From: a virus
Taxonomy: Duplodnaviria > Heunggongvirae > Uroviricota > Caudoviricetes
Direction: 5' to 3' (one strand)
Length of the DNA stretch: 41,587 bases
Virus record (IMG/VR): IMGVR_UViG_2541047938_000008
Location: 1 to 41,587 of that record
Below are positions 10,744 to 22,331 of the stretch, piece by piece. The translations under genes were made by a program, and so were the position numbers. Below the pieces are notes generated by a model. The model saw only the letters and a list, made by a program, of their open reading frames with translations. It had not been told where the DNA came from and did not search any database. Numbering within the stretch: the stretch's first letter is position 1; the number at the start of each line of letters is the position of its first letter.

Positions 10744-12522
10744 TCACCGATCTCCTTCACGGTAATACGCAGTCAGGTCGCCTTTCATGATCACATTCTT
10801 CAGCCTAGTATTCTGAAGCTTACTTGCTTCATCCGCATAAACCGCATTAGCCTGCTTATAACGCCGCAGAGTGTCACTACCAAGGTTCTGACCAATGGCG
10901 CTATCGATATCGCCAGTCATAGCCTTATAGACACGCTGAACAGCAGCATCAGAACGCGTAGGCATGACAACACGCTCACCTTTAACATCTTGCCTGAACT
11001 GACTGCGAAGGCCACTAAGCTGTTGCAGGTCCATAGCCATCGGCCCACTTGAACCAGCATTTCGCGTTAACTCATCTCGGTACGACTGAAGCTTAGAAAT
11101 TGTCTCGTTATCAGCGACCTTACCAAGTTTTTGCAGGTTTGATATTTCAGTGTCAATCTGCTGAATAGCTCTTGATGGCTGAATATTAACGCCAGTCATT
11201 GCGTTCTGGACCTGCTCAAGCCGATTGCCGGCCGCTTGCTTGATACCTGCTGATTTTGCTTTTAGGCTACCGATGACAATCGATGGGTCGTACTCACCGA
11301 ATCGGGATGCATATTCATTAACTAACTGGCTGCGGCCTTCCTGTTGCGCCGCCCTCATTGAGCTAGTGCCCGCGAAAGGAATATTCTCTGCTGTGGTCTG
11401 AGCCATGCGACCTACGCGAGAGTTAGGTTGCAGAACGTCAGATGTGTGCAATGGAACATCTGCTGAATCAGCGAAACGGATAGCCTGTTGTGCTTCAGGT
11501 GAGATTGCTCCACGCGCACCACGATAAGCAGCGCCCGCAACGCGACCAAGTTGGTTAATCGCACCACCCAAAACAACACCAGTGCCAAGGTCGGTTGCCA
11601 GCGCTTCAGGATTATCCTGAGAGCTATTCGCAGCCATAGAACCAACGGTATTCTCAGCCAGCAATCTTGATGCACCCTGCGCTACTCTCCCGGCGATGGT
11701 AGGAGCTTGTGCGACTGCTCGCTCCGCACCAACTGGAGTCAGATAAGGCAATGCTTCAGCAAACACACGGCCTTCTGTTGTTTGCGGCGTCAAAGTGCCT
11801 CGTTGCAGCCCGAAATCTTGTTCCAGGCCCTGAGTAGAAACTCGAGGTGCTGGCTGGTAGGTACCATCACCAACCCCCAACTGCTTACCCGCCCATGCGC
11901 CAGCACTTGCCACCGCATCAGCGACAGATGCAGGGATGTTTGCCAGGTTAACGCCAGCCTGAAGCAATCCGCGCCCAGTTTCAGCAGCAGCATTGCCAAG
12001 GTCGGAAATGAAACCACCTTGCTGCTGTGGTGCTTCCTGTGTACTCTGCTGTACAGGCTGTTGTGTAGCTTGATTCTTCCTAGGGAGGTATTCATCAGCT
12101 TGCTGGTTGTGCAGACTCTCCGCATATGCAGTGGCATCGTCAGGATTGTCGAACATACCAAGATGCTTTCCCGTCCTCATGAAGTTATCAATAGCTTCAT
12201 CATCAGACATAATGCGACCATCATCACTAACGGTAGGAATAAGCACCTCTCTACCATCTATATTTGTAGACATGCTCCGCACAGTGCTAATGCTGCCATC
12301 AGAGTTTTTAACAACAGGCCGATTGTGAATGTCAATATTACCCTTCTCTAGCAAACCTCTAGGGTAAGCAGAGTAGAACGCTTGCTTTGCCTGCTCTGCG
12401 TTATCTCCAGCCTGAGGAGCGACTACCTCATTGAAGTATTGCTCCTGAGCCAACGCCTTCTGTTCTGGTGCCAGCGCCTGATATTGCTGGGAGGCGATAA
12501 CGTCTTTCCATGCCTTAGCCAT
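10744..12522 (-). CDS. Ejection (DNA transfer) protein, P22 gp16-like
   Basis: 592 aa, position and size in a conserved P22-order late operon; stop codon lies at the IS junction. Confidence 0.7.
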   Translation of the reverse strand: MAKAWKDVIASQQYQALAPEQKALAQEQYFNEVVAPQAGDNAEQAKQAFYSAYPRGLLEKGNIDIHNRPVVKNSDGSISTVRSMSTNIDGREVLIPTVSDDGRIMSDDEAIDNFMRTGKHLGMFDNPDDATAYAESLHNQQADEYLPRKNQATQQPVQQSTQEAPQQQGGFISDLGNAAAETGRGLLQAGVNLANIPASVADAVASAGAWAGKQLGVGDGTYQPAPRVSTQGLEQDFGLQRGTLTPQTTEGRVFAEALPYLTPVGAERAVAQAPTIAGRVAQGASRLLAENTVGSMAANSSQDNPEALATDLGTGVVLGGAINQLGRVAGAAYRGARGAISPEAQQAIRFADSADVPLHTSDVLQPNSRVGRMAQTTAENIPFAGTSSMRAAQQEGRSQLVNEYASRFGEYDPSIVIGSLKAKSAGIKQAAGNRLEQVQNAMTGVNIQPSRAIQQIDTEISNLQKLGKVADNETISKLQSYRDELTRNAGSSGPMAMDLQQLSGLRSQFRQDVKGERVVMPTRSDAAVQRVYKAMTGDIDSAIGQNLGSDTLRRYKQANAVYADEASKLQNTRLKNVIMKGDLTAYYREGDR

Positions 12523-13916
12523 TAATCACCCCATAGTGAAGAGAATCCGGCATTAGCCGATGGTTGTTGTGCCTGCTGGGTTTGAAGCTGACTGGTTTTA
12601 CCAACATCTACTTTGTACTGCTGGTTGTAGTTGTCTGTGTATTCGCTGATATCCCTGATTGATTGCTGCATTGCTTCAGGGCTTGAGTAGTCAACCTGCG
12701 GCATACCCTGAAAGTACATTTTCGCCTCTGCCACGGTGTTGATACCGCTTGCACCCATATCCCTTGCAGCAGCCACGCCCTGATTCTGCATGCGTCCCTG
12801 TATACGCTGAGCGGAATTGTACAGTTGGCGCTGCTCCTTGCCATTGAATCGGCTTCGCACATCAGCACCTACGGCAGGGTTACCAGAGCCTCCAGTTAAA
12901 CCTGTCATGAAGTCCAGAGACGATGAATCAGCATTGGCGATTGCATCAATGTCCTTCTTCATGGCGTAGTTTGTCGCATTGGTTGATGATGTAGCAGGTG
13001 CTGCAATTGAGCTTGCTGGCACACGAACGGTATTCCCGGCGTTATCTACGCCCTCATAGAACGCATTAGCGCCTGCGCCATGAAGCTTACCTACAATGCT
13101 GACAGTTCGCCCGTCTGACAGTTGTACAGTGCGTCCATCGTCACCAGCGGCTGAATTACCGCGCGACGCTGCTCTCTGATTGACCATATCCTGTCCACGG
13201 CGAGCGGTAGCAGCAGAGATATCCTGACCACGCATCTGAATATCCTGTCCTCGCTGCTGCAATGCTTCACCAGCCTGATTGCTGCGAACTTTTTCATTCA
13301 GCGTGTCACGATCAATGGCGCGACCAACAATCCTGTCCTGAGCTTTAAAATATTCATCAGGGCCAAGTGCCGACATACCAAGATGATCAACAAACTCCCC
13401 AAACTGTTGCGGGTTCTGCTGATACGTTTGCGCCACGTCCTGAGGGCTTAGACCGACACGTTGCAGGTCTGCAGCGTTGTTCTGAAGCCATGCTCCCATT
13501 GTTTCAGGAGAAGATGAGGCTAGACGTGCTCCAGCAGCCAGAGCGCCCACTGTTGAACGCTGGTCATCATCGACAAACTTCATACCGTTACGGACCGCTT
13601 CAATCTGGTCAGGATACTGCGCGGCAAGTTGACGCATAGCATTGCGGTCACCGGATGCATACGCTTCACCATACGCCTTCTGGAACTCTCCCTGTCGCTG
13701 CTGTTGCTGTCCTTGCTGGTACACCTGGGCGAGTGAGCTAATGCCCTGAAGCGCCTGAAGTCCTACGTTGTTACGACCTGAGCGCTCATCCTCATTGTTC
13801 TGCCGAATGTAGGCCAGTGCGGTATCAGCATCACTGGCGCGAGGCGCGTTCTGATTGTTAGTTCCTAACCCAGCCAGGAGACCGCCAGAGTTAACGCTTT
13901 GCTGCCATGTAGCCAT
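12522..13916 (-). CDS. Ejection protein, P22 gp20-like
   Basis: 464 aa, Gln/Ala-rich, synteny between gp7 and gp16 homologues. Confidence 0.7.
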   Translation of the reverse strand: MATWQQSVNSGGLLAGLGTNNQNAPRASDADTALAYIRQNNEDERSGRNNVGLQALQGISSLAQVYQQGQQQQRQGEFQKAYGEAYASGDRNAMRQLAAQYPDQIEAVRNGMKFVDDDQRSTVGALAAGARLASSSPETMGAWLQNNAADLQRVGLSPQDVAQTYQQNPQQFGEFVDHLGMSALGPDEYFKAQDRIVGRAIDRDTLNEKVRSNQAGEALQQRGQDIQMRGQDISAATARRGQDMVNQRAASRGNSAAGDDGRTVQLSDGRTVSIVGKLHGAGANAFYEGVDNAGNTVRVPASSIAAPATSSTNATNYAMKKDIDAIANADSSSLDFMTGLTGGSGNPAVGADVRSRFNGKEQRQLYNSAQRIQGRMQNQGVAAARDMGASGINTVAEAKMYFQGMPQVDYSSPEAMQQSIRDISEYTDNYNQQYKVDVGKTSQLQTQQAQQPSANAGFSSLWGD

Positions 13917-13925
13917 GTTGTCACC

Positions 13926-14606
13926 TTAGAATAGAGAGCTGGCACCACCAATCAAACCACCGATACCTGCACCGATTGCCGTACCGTAACCAGGGCCAAA
14001 CATCGAGCCAATCTGCGCACCTGCAAGCGCACCACCTGCCGCGCCAGTGACGAAACCAGCGGTACCGGATGATTTATTAGCATTCGCTGCTGCTGCGTTG
14101 GCCTGCTGCTGATAGAGTTGGCTTGAGTTATTTGCGTATGACTGTCCGGCGTTGGCCTGACCCTGCAATGCGCCAAGACCGATGTTTGCAAGGTTCTGAT
14201 AGTTGTTCATCTGGCTGGACAGATAGTTTTGTCCAAGTGATGGGGCAATTGCCGCGAGTTGGTTGCCTGTTGCTGTTGAGCCAAGACCACCTGTCGCCTC
14301 TGCTGATGCCAGACTCTGATATCGAGCCTGACCAGCCATCTGTTTGTATTGGTCTGAGTTGTAGTAATCGTTAAGTGCTTGCCCCTGACCTTGCAGCGTT
14401 GAGAGGTTTTGCAATTGAGATACATATTGCTGTGCTAGGGGTGTAAACGGTGCGAGGTTGTTCATCACCGTCTGCCACTGCTCGCGTTGAAGCTCAATCC
14501 CTTTTTCTGTTGCGCGGGCCTGAGCTTTTGAGCCGCCATCACCGCCACCACCTCCGCAATAGACTGCGTTACTGAGGTGCTTATTCGCGATCTGGAAAAT
14601 TAGCAT
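13926..14606 (-). CDS. Ejection protein, P22 gp7-like
   Basis: 226 aa, Gly/Ala/Gln-rich, synteny. Confidence 0.65.
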   Translation of the reverse strand: MLIFQIANKHLSNAVYCGGGGGDGGSKAQARATEKGIELQREQWQTVMNNLAPFTPLAQQYVSQLQNLSTLQGQGQALNDYYNSDQYKQMAGQARYQSLASAEATGGLGSTATGNQLAAIAPSLGQNYLSSQMNNYQNLANIGLGALQGQANAGQSYANNSSQLYQQQANAAAANANKSSGTAGFVTGAAGGALAGAQIGSMFGPGYGTAIGAGIGGLIGGASSLF

Positions 14607-15061
14607 TTCAATAGCTCCTCATACTGTGAGCGAGTGAGTTGATAGAGAGTCACGCCAGCAGGTTTACCGTCTTTCAGATAGGCGTCATCCATATGACCAA
14701 TGCGCGTTGCACCAAGGAGGCGAATCAGTGCGCGGCCATATTTTGTGGAGTCTGGAACGGTGGTGATGCTGTTGGTGAAGGGGTTATTTTCGAGAAGCCA
14801 TTTGCAGAAGAGTCGATGTCCTTGCAATGCGTATTCGCCACGGAATCCGGGGTCATAAATCGCATGACATTCGACTACGGTGTACCAGAAGTTACGCACC
14901 TCATGGACGCCTACCAGCATTAATCCTTCATAGATTCCGATGTATTGCGCATCAGGCTTGATGACGTAGATGTCACCTTTATCTACGATGTTTCCTGTGT
15001 TTTCTGGATTATTTAGGAATTCTGCAAGCTTCATCGGGTTATCGACGAGCTTTATTTCCAT
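14600..15061 (-). CDS. Head-completion/ejection-associated protein, P22 gp14-like
   Basis: 153 aa, synteny between tail needle and gp7. Confidence 0.55.
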   Translation of the reverse strand: MEIKLVDNPMKLAEFLNNPENTGNIVDKGDIYVIKPDAQYIGIYEGLMLVGVHEVRNFWYTVVECHAIYDPGFRGEYALQGHRLFCKWLLENNPFTNSITTVPDSTKYGRALIRLLGATRIGHMDDAYLKDGKPAGVTLYQLTRSQYEELLKC

Positions 15062-15780
15062 TAGTTTATTAACCCATGTGTTCTCAATGCTGATTCCAGT
15101 GCAAGAATTCGCTGTCGTGCTTGCTGGAGTCCTGTAGCAATCGCTGAAACCTCGGTCTGAGTGTATGTAGAGCTAACGGTATAAGCCTGGTTTGCGTTAA
15201 ACGAACCAATCAGCGATGTCCCTGTTCCTGTTGTCCATCCTGTCTGACGCGCTCCAATAACCTTTGTGCCGCCTACTGAGTATGAGGTTGTCACGTTGAG
15301 GGGTGATGCCAGTGATTGCGATGTGGTTACAGTTTTAGATACGTAGTCGGCTTGCAGGTTGTCGATGTCAGTCTCTGCCGATGACACCCTGGTAGTTAGG
15401 TTTGACAGGTCTGTTTGCAGACTGACGATATTACCTTCAGCAGTAGTAAGGCGTATATCAAGGCCATTTATTGCTGAGGTGTTAGCTGTGATGCGGATTT
15501 CATGGTCGTCTACTTCAACCCGCAACTGGCTAATCCGTAATTCATGGTCTGCTAGTTCAACATCCTGCTCATCGTTTTTAACCTGCGCATCATAAGCTCC
15601 CTGCCCTGCCTCGTTAGCTTTGCCGGCTACATTGGTGAAGTCGACTACCTGAGAAAGGATGTATTGCTCATAAGCGGGGTTAAGACCGCGAGGTAAAGAA
15701 GATGCGTTAATACCTATCGCTCGAACAACGACGGGGTCTTTTAGTGAATCGTCAGCCATTACTCTATCCTTATCTGACAA
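15061..15780 (-). CDS. Tail needle protein, P22 gp26-like
   Basis: 239 aa with a long heptad-repeat coiled coil after the N-terminal tip; synteny. Confidence 0.7.
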   Translation of the reverse strand: MSDKDRVMADDSLKDPVVVRAIGINASSLPRGLNPAYEQYILSQVVDFTNVAGKANEAGQGAYDAQVKNDEQDVELADHELRISQLRVEVDDHEIRITANTSAINGLDIRLTTAEGNIVSLQTDLSNLTTRVSSAETDIDNLQADYVSKTVTTSQSLASPLNVTTSYSVGGTKVIGARQTGWTTGTGTSLIGSFNANQAYTVSSTYTQTEVSAIATGLQQARQRILALESALRTHGLIN

Positions 15781-17180
15781 CCTGACAGAGTTACAGGTGA
15801 TTTAGTGATGATACGGAGCTTGAATCCAATGTTTCGCCGGATTCGACCAACACGCTTCCAGATGACTCGCTTGTCATAAACAAACGGCTCGTTTTGTTCA
15901 ATCATCTGCTCGCGACCGTAGTTGATGCCGTCAGTGGTTGCAGATAAAAACAGCCTGTCAGCGTACTGAGCAACGCCCGTTGATGACTCGACCTCAAAGT
16001 CGAACACACGCGAGTTATCAGCCTTAAACAATGGCGTGAATAGCAAGTGCTCCTGCTGAGTTCCATACTGTGACGCGATGTCGAACTGAAGTTGCCCGGT
16101 TACTGGCTGAAGCTTGTCTCCGCAGGTTATCTGATTACCCTCATACATCAGGTCGATAGCACGATATACATCGTCATAAAGCCCGGTTTTAAGCACAGAC
16201 CATTGCGGACCGTTAGCTGCAGTAGAGCCGTCATAAACAAGAACGTGTCGGGGGAGATGAATCAGTAACAGTTCATGGGCATCAAAGCGCAATGATTCCA
16301 TTACTGTCTGAGATAGTTCATCAGCAGAATACGAGCGGATAATCTTCTCTATGCTCGCTGTTGCTATCTGATTAGCGCGTCCTGAGTCGATGATATAGAC
16401 GGAAGGGGCACCATTAGCCGGGCTGCTTACGATAGCAATCGCATCCATGAAAGGCGTCTTGCAATACGTTCCGGCAATACCCTTCTGCACCATATAGGCC
16501 GGGTTAGCCACATACAGTGCTGCGCCAACCGTTGTTGCACCTGTGAGCGTGAAGTACTCAATCGTCGAGGAGCCAAAGCAGACGATGAAGTCTCGCCACG
16601 TCCCAATGCCAACTATGCCGTCTGGTTGTGATTCCGCGCGATATTCAGCACTGTATCGGTCAGGATGCGATTCATCTTCAAGGTCAGAGATAAACCATGA
16701 GTCTGAACCATCTTTCGACCACGCGTACCGACCACGCAAGCGAGTGATGTCACGAACAGAACCAAGGTCGTATTGCGTGAATGTGCTGTCTACAGGCCAG
16801 TTACCCATAGTCTTAACGGTGCCATCATAACGGTATTCGACAAGATGACCGTTAACTCCTACCGCCTGAGATGTTCTACCGTGCGCCATTGATACGCGAC
16901 CACTTCCGGACACGCTTCCAGCCTCACTATCTCCCTTGTAAAGCTTTCCGCCACAGACGCGATATACAGCATTCTGAGCGGTGTTGTACTCAACCCCTCG
17001 CGATACTCCATCCACATCTGAACGCTTGGCTATGCCAGGGAATGAACGCAGATAGCCGTTACTGTTGAGTACTTCCTTGGGAGTTGCCAGCATGTTCACT
17101 GGCAGATAGTCGATATAGTCGGCGTTTTTGAAGTCTTTGCCGAATCCCTTCATCAATGGAACCTGCTGAACTGGCATCAT
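15759..17180 (-). CDS. Tail accessory/hub protein, P22 gp10-like
   Basis: 473 aa, synteny. Confidence 0.7.
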   Translation of the reverse strand: MMPVQQVPLMKGFGKDFKNADYIDYLPVNMLATPKEVLNSNGYLRSFPGIAKRSDVDGVSRGVEYNTAQNAVYRVCGGKLYKGDSEAGSVSGSGRVSMAHGRTSQAVGVNGHLVEYRYDGTVKTMGNWPVDSTFTQYDLGSVRDITRLRGRYAWSKDGSDSWFISDLEDESHPDRYSAEYRAESQPDGIVGIGTWRDFIVCFGSSTIEYFTLTGATTVGAALYVANPAYMVQKGIAGTYCKTPFMDAIAIVSSPANGAPSVYIIDSGRANQIATASIEKIIRSYSADELSQTVMESLRFDAHELLLIHLPRHVLVYDGSTAANGPQWSVLKTGLYDDVYRAIDLMYEGNQITCGDKLQPVTGQLQFDIASQYGTQQEHLLFTPLFKADNSRVFDFEVESSTGVAQYADRLFLSATTDGINYGREQMIEQNEPFVYDKRVIWKRVGRIRRNIGFKLRIITKSPVTLSGCQIRIE

Positions 17181-17677
17181 TCACTCCCATTGTCGCAAGG
17201 GTTCTTACGGTGAAAGAAGTTCCACCCATTCCAGGTTGCAAGACGATTTCCGCTACCAACAGGCATGCGGTTTGGATAACCGGACTTACATTTCGCTGAT
17301 TTCGCTCTGCTCATTGCAGAGAGCTTGATGAGTTGCTCTTTGCCATAACGTGCAGTGGTGATGAGCTTCGTCGTGGCTTCCTGACCGTAATCTGGTGCAA
17401 TTCGGCAGGCGAGGTTAAGGATTACGGCGTTCAGAGCGTTTTTATTCAGGCCATGCTCATCACCAGGGTCAGCAGGAACATCATCATCTGTGAAGATGTA
17501 CCCAATGCTGATACCAGGCGAATCATCACCACCAAGCCACTCAGCCATCATCATTTCGAGGTCGTTTACTGCATCCTCAATGGATTGCGGCTCTACATCG
17601 GTAAGCGTTGCGTTCGATGCAACCCCAAGTTTCCGTAAAGAGGCAAGAACGAGATCGCCTTTAGTCGTTAGATTCAT
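17177..17677 (-). CDS. Head-to-tail adaptor, P22 gp4-like
   Basis: 166 aa, same size as P22 gp4, synteny. Confidence 0.7.
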   Translation of the reverse strand: MNLTTKGDLVLASLRKLGVASNATLTDVEPQSIEDAVNDLEMMMAEWLGGDDSPGISIGYIFTDDDVPADPGDEHGLNKNALNAVILNLACRIAPDYGQEATTKLITTARYGKEQLIKLSAMSRAKSAKCKSGYPNRMPVGSGNRLATWNGWNFFHRKNPCDNGSE

Positions 17678-17885
17678 CTGTTGCCGCCTTAGGTTTTGGC
17701 CCCGGCTTTTTCTTCGTCTTCACTTCTGCATCAGTCTCTTTTTCAGCTTCCAGAAGCTTGTCAGGATGGTCTAGCCAGCCTTCATCAAGTCGTGACTGAA
17801 GTTCATCAGATGAGACAATCTGGAAGTCATATCCAACACCTTTCCATTTCTTGGCGCTGCCATGACGGAAAACCATGTGTGACAT
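17661..17885 (-). CDS. Hypothetical small protein with Lys/Pro-rich tail
   Basis: 74-aa ORF from ATG (MSHMVFRHG...) between coat and gp4, overlapping the gp4 start. Confidence 0.35.
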   Translation of the reverse strand: MSHMVFRHGSAKKWKGVGYDFQIVSSDELQSRLDEGWLDHPDKLLEAEKETDAEVKTKKKPGPKPKAATDESND

Positions 17886-17930
17886 TTCGCTCTCCAAATA
17901 TAAAAGGGGCCGAAGCCCCTTGGTTGTTTG

Positions 17931-19229
17931 TTACAGCGCGGTCTGATTGGGCAGACCTACACCAATCGCTTCAGGTCGAACGGCGCACGCTGCATACCAG
18001 ACTGCGATACGCGCTTTTCCTGACAGCGTAGAGATGTCACCTTGAGTGGCGAAGATGCCGTTCACTCCAACACCAGGAATGCTGAAGGATGACGTTTTCA
18101 TGCCAGCAAACAGTTCATGAGTAACCGGGATTGGCTGAGACAGGAGGCGAATTGAATCGTCAGCCCAGAACACGTTTGCGGTAGTTGTTGCCACGTTCAG
18201 CAGGTTGATTGTCATAGCCGCAGCCAGAGAGGTGTTTACGTTGGCATAAGCCTTCTCTTCCGGCAGTAATGCGGTGTCGTCCAGGGCGATCGGCTTCGGC
18301 GTGATTTCAATGTGTGTGGCATCGATAACGCGAGTGATGGAGAAAGTCGCGTCATCAGTCAGCACGTTCTTAGCCATCTGAGACAGGAACTTCACACCAG
18401 TGAAGCTGATTTTATCGCCACGCTTCAGTCCGGTTGAGGATGAAACAGTGACGGTGGCTACACGGTTATCAACGTTCTCTTTGTTGCCATCGGTATCGGT
18501 GGTGTACGCCTGCGGCTTGAACTTCTGAGCGCCGGAAACAGCGATACCAGTTGCGGTAGACGCAACGACGGTTGGAAGTTTTGGAGATCGCAGAACTTCA
18601 TCAAAACCTGCAACCTGACGCTGAATGGTACCGTTGCGATACGCTTCTTCAGGAATCTGACCGAAGATATCCTTGTTCACCAGGTCACGGCCTGATTTAC
18701 GGTAATCATCCGGGTTGAAGAAGTAGCTCAGGCCCATATCGCGGTTCAGTTCGCGAGAGAACATCAGGCGCTCTGCATCGGATACGAAATCCCAGCCATT
18801 CAGGCCGGTAGTCGGACCGATAGAGCGAGCATCATGCACTACCAGAGAACCCATTTCAGTTGCCTGTTTGGCGATCGCGGTTTCGATGTTGTTCGCCAAC
18901 TTCTTGGCAGATGCGTTGATACGGCGACGATAAGATCGCTCATCACGCAGATCATCGGCGCGAAGCTGGAAGAAGTCGTTATCCGGGTCGCCCATGTTGC
19001 ACTTAACGGACAGTTCCAGTACGCCAGTTTCTTTACCAGTTAAATCCCAACCAGTTTGAGTCGGCGCTTCCTGCTCAACAGGCATCCACACGGTATTGCC
19101 AGAGCGCTGCATTGACTCAGCCGGAGGAGTGTATTTGTTTACCTTGGACGCCATAGGCGTAAGGTTCTGAACGGTTTCAATGATTTCGTCCAGTGCGTAG
19201 GTGACCAGTTGGCCTTCGCTTAATGCCAT
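17931..19229 (-). CDS. Major coat protein, P22 gp5-like
   Basis: 432 aa, collinear similarity to P22 coat protein (PMA.K..KYTPPA.SMQRS.NT.WMPVEQE). Confidence 0.9.
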   Translation of the reverse strand: MALSEGQLVTYALDEIIETVQNLTPMASKVNKYTPPAESMQRSGNTVWMPVEQEAPTQTGWDLTGKETGVLELSVKCNMGDPDNDFFQLRADDLRDERSYRRRINASAKKLANNIETAIAKQATEMGSLVVHDARSIGPTTGLNGWDFVSDAERLMFSRELNRDMGLSYFFNPDDYRKSGRDLVNKDIFGQIPEEAYRNGTIQRQVAGFDEVLRSPKLPTVVASTATGIAVSGAQKFKPQAYTTDTDGNKENVDNRVATVTVSSSTGLKRGDKISFTGVKFLSQMAKNVLTDDATFSITRVIDATHIEITPKPIALDDTALLPEEKAYANVNTSLAAAMTINLLNVATTTANVFWADDSIRLLSQPIPVTHELFAGMKTSSFSIPGVGVNGIFATQGDISTLSGKARIAVWYAACAVRPEAIGVGLPNQTAL

Positions 19230-20146
19230 TATCGATTTCCTTTATTCAATTGTGCCTTCAGCTTGCGATACGCTTCTACGTCACCCTTCGCTGCTGCTGC
19301 GTTCATCTGCTTTTCAATAGCTGAGATGTTGGCTGCAACAGCTTGACCCTGTACGGGTTCGTCAGGGGTGGGAGCTTCGGAAACTTGCTTGCTGCGAGGC
19401 TTGAGAGTTAAACGTTCTGAGAGTCGGGTGAGTTCAATCAGCGCCTGCTGCTGGTTCATTTGCAGGATTTGACGTGTTTTCTCCGGGTTAGCGCCTAAGT
19501 GGTACATAAGAGCCGGAGATTTTTCAGGGAAAAGCACCATCAAATCGGAAACAATCTGCGGAGGAACTAACTGTGCAAATGCTTCCTCTTTCTCCTGGTA
19601 ATCAGGGATGTTGAGCTTTTCCGCTGCGTCATAGTGCTTACGTGCAGCATCGACGTATTGCGCTGATTGCTGGGTGTACTCCTGAGTCTTGCGACCTTGC
19701 TCTGCCACTGCTTTACTGCGAGCGTCCTGAGCTTTGATGTTCCATTCGTTCGTTGCCTGCTGGAATGCAGCTGATGCCATTGCCGTGTCGCCGTTGTACT
19801 TGCTGTACAAAGCGTCATCACCAAAGAAATCATTAACGTTTGGTTGTGCTGGTAACTCAGGAGCCACCCGGATGTTCTCCGGCAATTCTCCGCGCTTTAC
19901 AGCTTCTGCCTGTTGCTCAAGCTCGCGCTGACGCTTGCGCTCAATACGTCGCTGTGCAAACTGCGCATTAGTTGCCGGGTCTTGTTTTGGTTTGTTCTCA
20001 TCGTCTTTCAGAACAATGTCGAAGCCTTCATCCTGACCTGCGTTGTCGTTGGCATTATCAACAACTGAGCCATCAGCAGATGCCGCTGCTTGATTGCCGG
20101 ACAGGGTTAAGTCTTCAGTTGCCTGAATTTCGGTGGTTTGGTTCAT
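19229..20146 (-). CDS. Scaffolding protein, P22 gp8-like
   Basis: 305 aa, acidic/helical, between portal and coat. Confidence 0.8.
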   Translation of the reverse strand: MNQTTEIQATEDLTLSGNQAAASADGSVVDNANDNAGQDEGFDIVLKDDENKPKQDPATNAQFAQRRIERKRQRELEQQAEAVKRGELPENIRVAPELPAQPNVNDFFGDDALYSKYNGDTAMASAAFQQATNEWNIKAQDARSKAVAEQGRKTQEYTQQSAQYVDAARKHYDAAEKLNIPDYQEKEEAFAQLVPPQIVSDLMVLFPEKSPALMYHLGANPEKTRQILQMNQQQALIELTRLSERLTLKPRSKQVSEAPTPDEPVQGQAVAANISAIEKQMNAAAAKGDVEAYRKLKAQLNKGNR

Positions 20147-20159
20147 GATTAACTCTCTC

Positions 20160-22331
20160 TTATTGAGGTGTCTCAGCTACGCCGCTGGAGGGAATGTTTT
20201 GTCTCTGCGATTGCAGGAGGTTGGCGATATCAAGCCGCTGTGAATGCCGCTGACCTTCGCCTTTAAGGAGTAATTCAGCGTTCGCTCTCGCGTCATCGCT
20301 GTTTTGTTGCTGGAAGGATTGCATAAGCTTGAGGAATTCCCTGAATTCGGCTCGCTTATCCGTCTCCATGTTGTTGAATATCTCTGCAACCTTCGCTGCA
20401 TAGAGTTGGTTCTGACCTTCGACCTTAGCCGCATCAACCTGAATCTGCGCTTGCTTAGACTGAGCATTGAGAAGGTCGGCTTGCCCGGTGAGCAGTACAC
20501 CCTGCGCCTGAATTGCTTCAGGAGATGGTTGTTGTGGTTGCTGCTGCGCTTCCTGAACCATCTGAATCTCTTCAGGTGTTTCTGGTTTCTTCAGGCCCAT
20601 CATGACGAGTTGCTTATTGGCGTACTCACGCATCATCTCGACTCCTTTACCGTCAAGCAATGTGAAGTACTGAAGCAGCAGCATCTGCCACTCCGGAGTT
20701 CCAGGAGGAACTTTTGCAAGCAATTCCTGAATCTCTGCTCGGTTCTGCTCTTTCATGCTCTGGAATGATGGCCCGGTGTCCGTGTAACACTCATAACGAC
20801 CGCGAATATCGTTCAGTGTTACAACGTTACCCGACTGATAATCGACAATCTGAGCGTATAATTGGACGTCTTTCTCGCTGCCATCTTCCAGCGTCATCGT
20901 CACCTGTCGAGGGACGTCATACACATCATTAACCATCGATGCGTAGATTTCACCGTCACGGCGCATAGCTGTTGCGAGGTTGTCCTGAAACACGTATGTC
21001 TCAAGGTCTGCTCGCATGTTTAACTGGTTTACGGTATCGAAAGCCACCTGACCGCCTGCTGCTTCAGAGTCAACACCCAGACTGGCGACCTCTTTCACTG
21101 CTGCGGTAGCGGCCTCAAGCATGTAGGCATTGGCCTGTGGAACTTCAGGGTTATCCATGTAAGCCAGTGCGCCGATAGGAAGGTCGTTACCGTTCTCATC
21201 GGTTCGGTTCTGAAGGTAGTACGGATAGTCATCATTACCACCGTACATGTATTCATAGCCTTCAATCTGCTCTGGTGCGAAGATGGGTTTCTTCTTCGGC
21301 GTTCTGGCTACAATGTCAGCGTTGAAAGACATGATCATGTTGCGCAGTCGCTGACCATCTTTCGTCAGCCTTACAACACCTTCATATACCTCTTTGTCGC
21401 CAGCGAATGACCATTCACCGTAAACAGGCACGATTGGGATATGCTCGCCAGCAATCTTCTCCCTGTCTTTCAGGATTTCGGTGCAGGTGATAATTGATTT
21501 ATACACCCGGCGACGCTTCACTTTGCGCTCTGCGACTTTAACGAATCCCTGATTTGCCAGGTCATCAATCACATCTTTGATGTCTTGCTGGTAGTAACTA
21601 ACAGTCTCACCAGAAAGAGGATCGCGATAGATGAATACCTTCTCTTTCTTCTCCTCTACCTCATAGAACTCGCCAACGTAGACAACATCGTTGGAAATCC
21701 ATTGAAATAACCATGTCTGGTCAGGATTCTGAAATGTCGGATATGTTTCCTGGTCGATGCCGTACTCTTCCGCAAACTCTTTCCATCCATTCGTTGTGAG
21801 CGCATTAATCACCGTACAGTGTTTAGCATCGCTCTTGTCCATCTGCTTGCTGTTTGCATCCCAAATAACATGGGAGCATGCTTCATGAATGGGGAGTCGC
21901 CGGATAATCTGGTTATTGCTGGTTGGGTCGTTATCTTCGTACTGAGTAACCAGACGCCACGCACCAACGCCTGCCTCTATCTGTTCGCGAACGCCAACGT
22001 TAACTGCAATCTTCGCTGTATTGTGCCGCATATCGGTTCTATACATACCCATTAGAACATCAGCAGCATCAGGATTAGCGCCATCTTTCGGTCGGTATAG
22101 AACATCCACCGGGTTACGTCGCATCTCAGCAACAAGCTTGCGAACAACTGGGCGCACAACGTCGAATTGTCCACGGTATTGCAGGGTAGTGTAATTGGAT
22201 AGCCAGTCATCCCATTGCGATACACGGCTAAAGTACAGGTCGTTAGTCGCCTCGGTTCTGGCTTCATCGCTCGCCATCCAGTCCATGTCGAATTTGCACA
22301 GAATGGAGTTGAGTCTGTTTTCGTCGGCCAT
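20160..22331 (-). CDS. Portal protein, P22 gp1-like
   Basis: 723 aa, size and position, Gln-rich C-terminal barrel region. Confidence 0.85.
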   Translation of the reverse strand: MADENRLNSILCKFDMDWMASDEARTEATNDLYFSRVSQWDDWLSNYTTLQYRGQFDVVRPVVRKLVAEMRRNPVDVLYRPKDGANPDAADVLMGMYRTDMRHNTAKIAVNVGVREQIEAGVGAWRLVTQYEDNDPTSNNQIIRRLPIHEACSHVIWDANSKQMDKSDAKHCTVINALTTNGWKEFAEEYGIDQETYPTFQNPDQTWLFQWISNDVVYVGEFYEVEEKKEKVFIYRDPLSGETVSYYQQDIKDVIDDLANQGFVKVAERKVKRRRVYKSIITCTEILKDREKIAGEHIPIVPVYGEWSFAGDKEVYEGVVRLTKDGQRLRNMIMSFNADIVARTPKKKPIFAPEQIEGYEYMYGGNDDYPYYLQNRTDENGNDLPIGALAYMDNPEVPQANAYMLEAATAAVKEVASLGVDSEAAGGQVAFDTVNQLNMRADLETYVFQDNLATAMRRDGEIYASMVNDVYDVPRQVTMTLEDGSEKDVQLYAQIVDYQSGNVVTLNDIRGRYECYTDTGPSFQSMKEQNRAEIQELLAKVPPGTPEWQMLLLQYFTLLDGKGVEMMREYANKQLVMMGLKKPETPEEIQMVQEAQQQPQQPSPEAIQAQGVLLTGQADLLNAQSKQAQIQVDAAKVEGQNQLYAAKVAEIFNNMETDKRAEFREFLKLMQSFQQQNSDDARANAELLLKGEGQRHSQRLDIANLLQSQRQNIPSSGVAETPQ

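Larger units (their letters stand above)
8204..10754 (+). mobile_element. IS21-family insertion sequence (boundaries approximate)
   Basis: istA-istB pair flanked by inverted copies of GGAGATC-containing repeats (8208-8284, 8308-8329, 10724-10754); interrupts the late operon. Confidence 0.75.

Noticed and set aside
11707-12351. 214-aa plus-strand ORF and other opposite-strand ORFs inside gp16, gp20 and portal genes
   Set aside because: They are embedded antisense in long, syntenic structural genes and have Cys/Ser/Arg-rich low-complexity translations typical of spurious frames.
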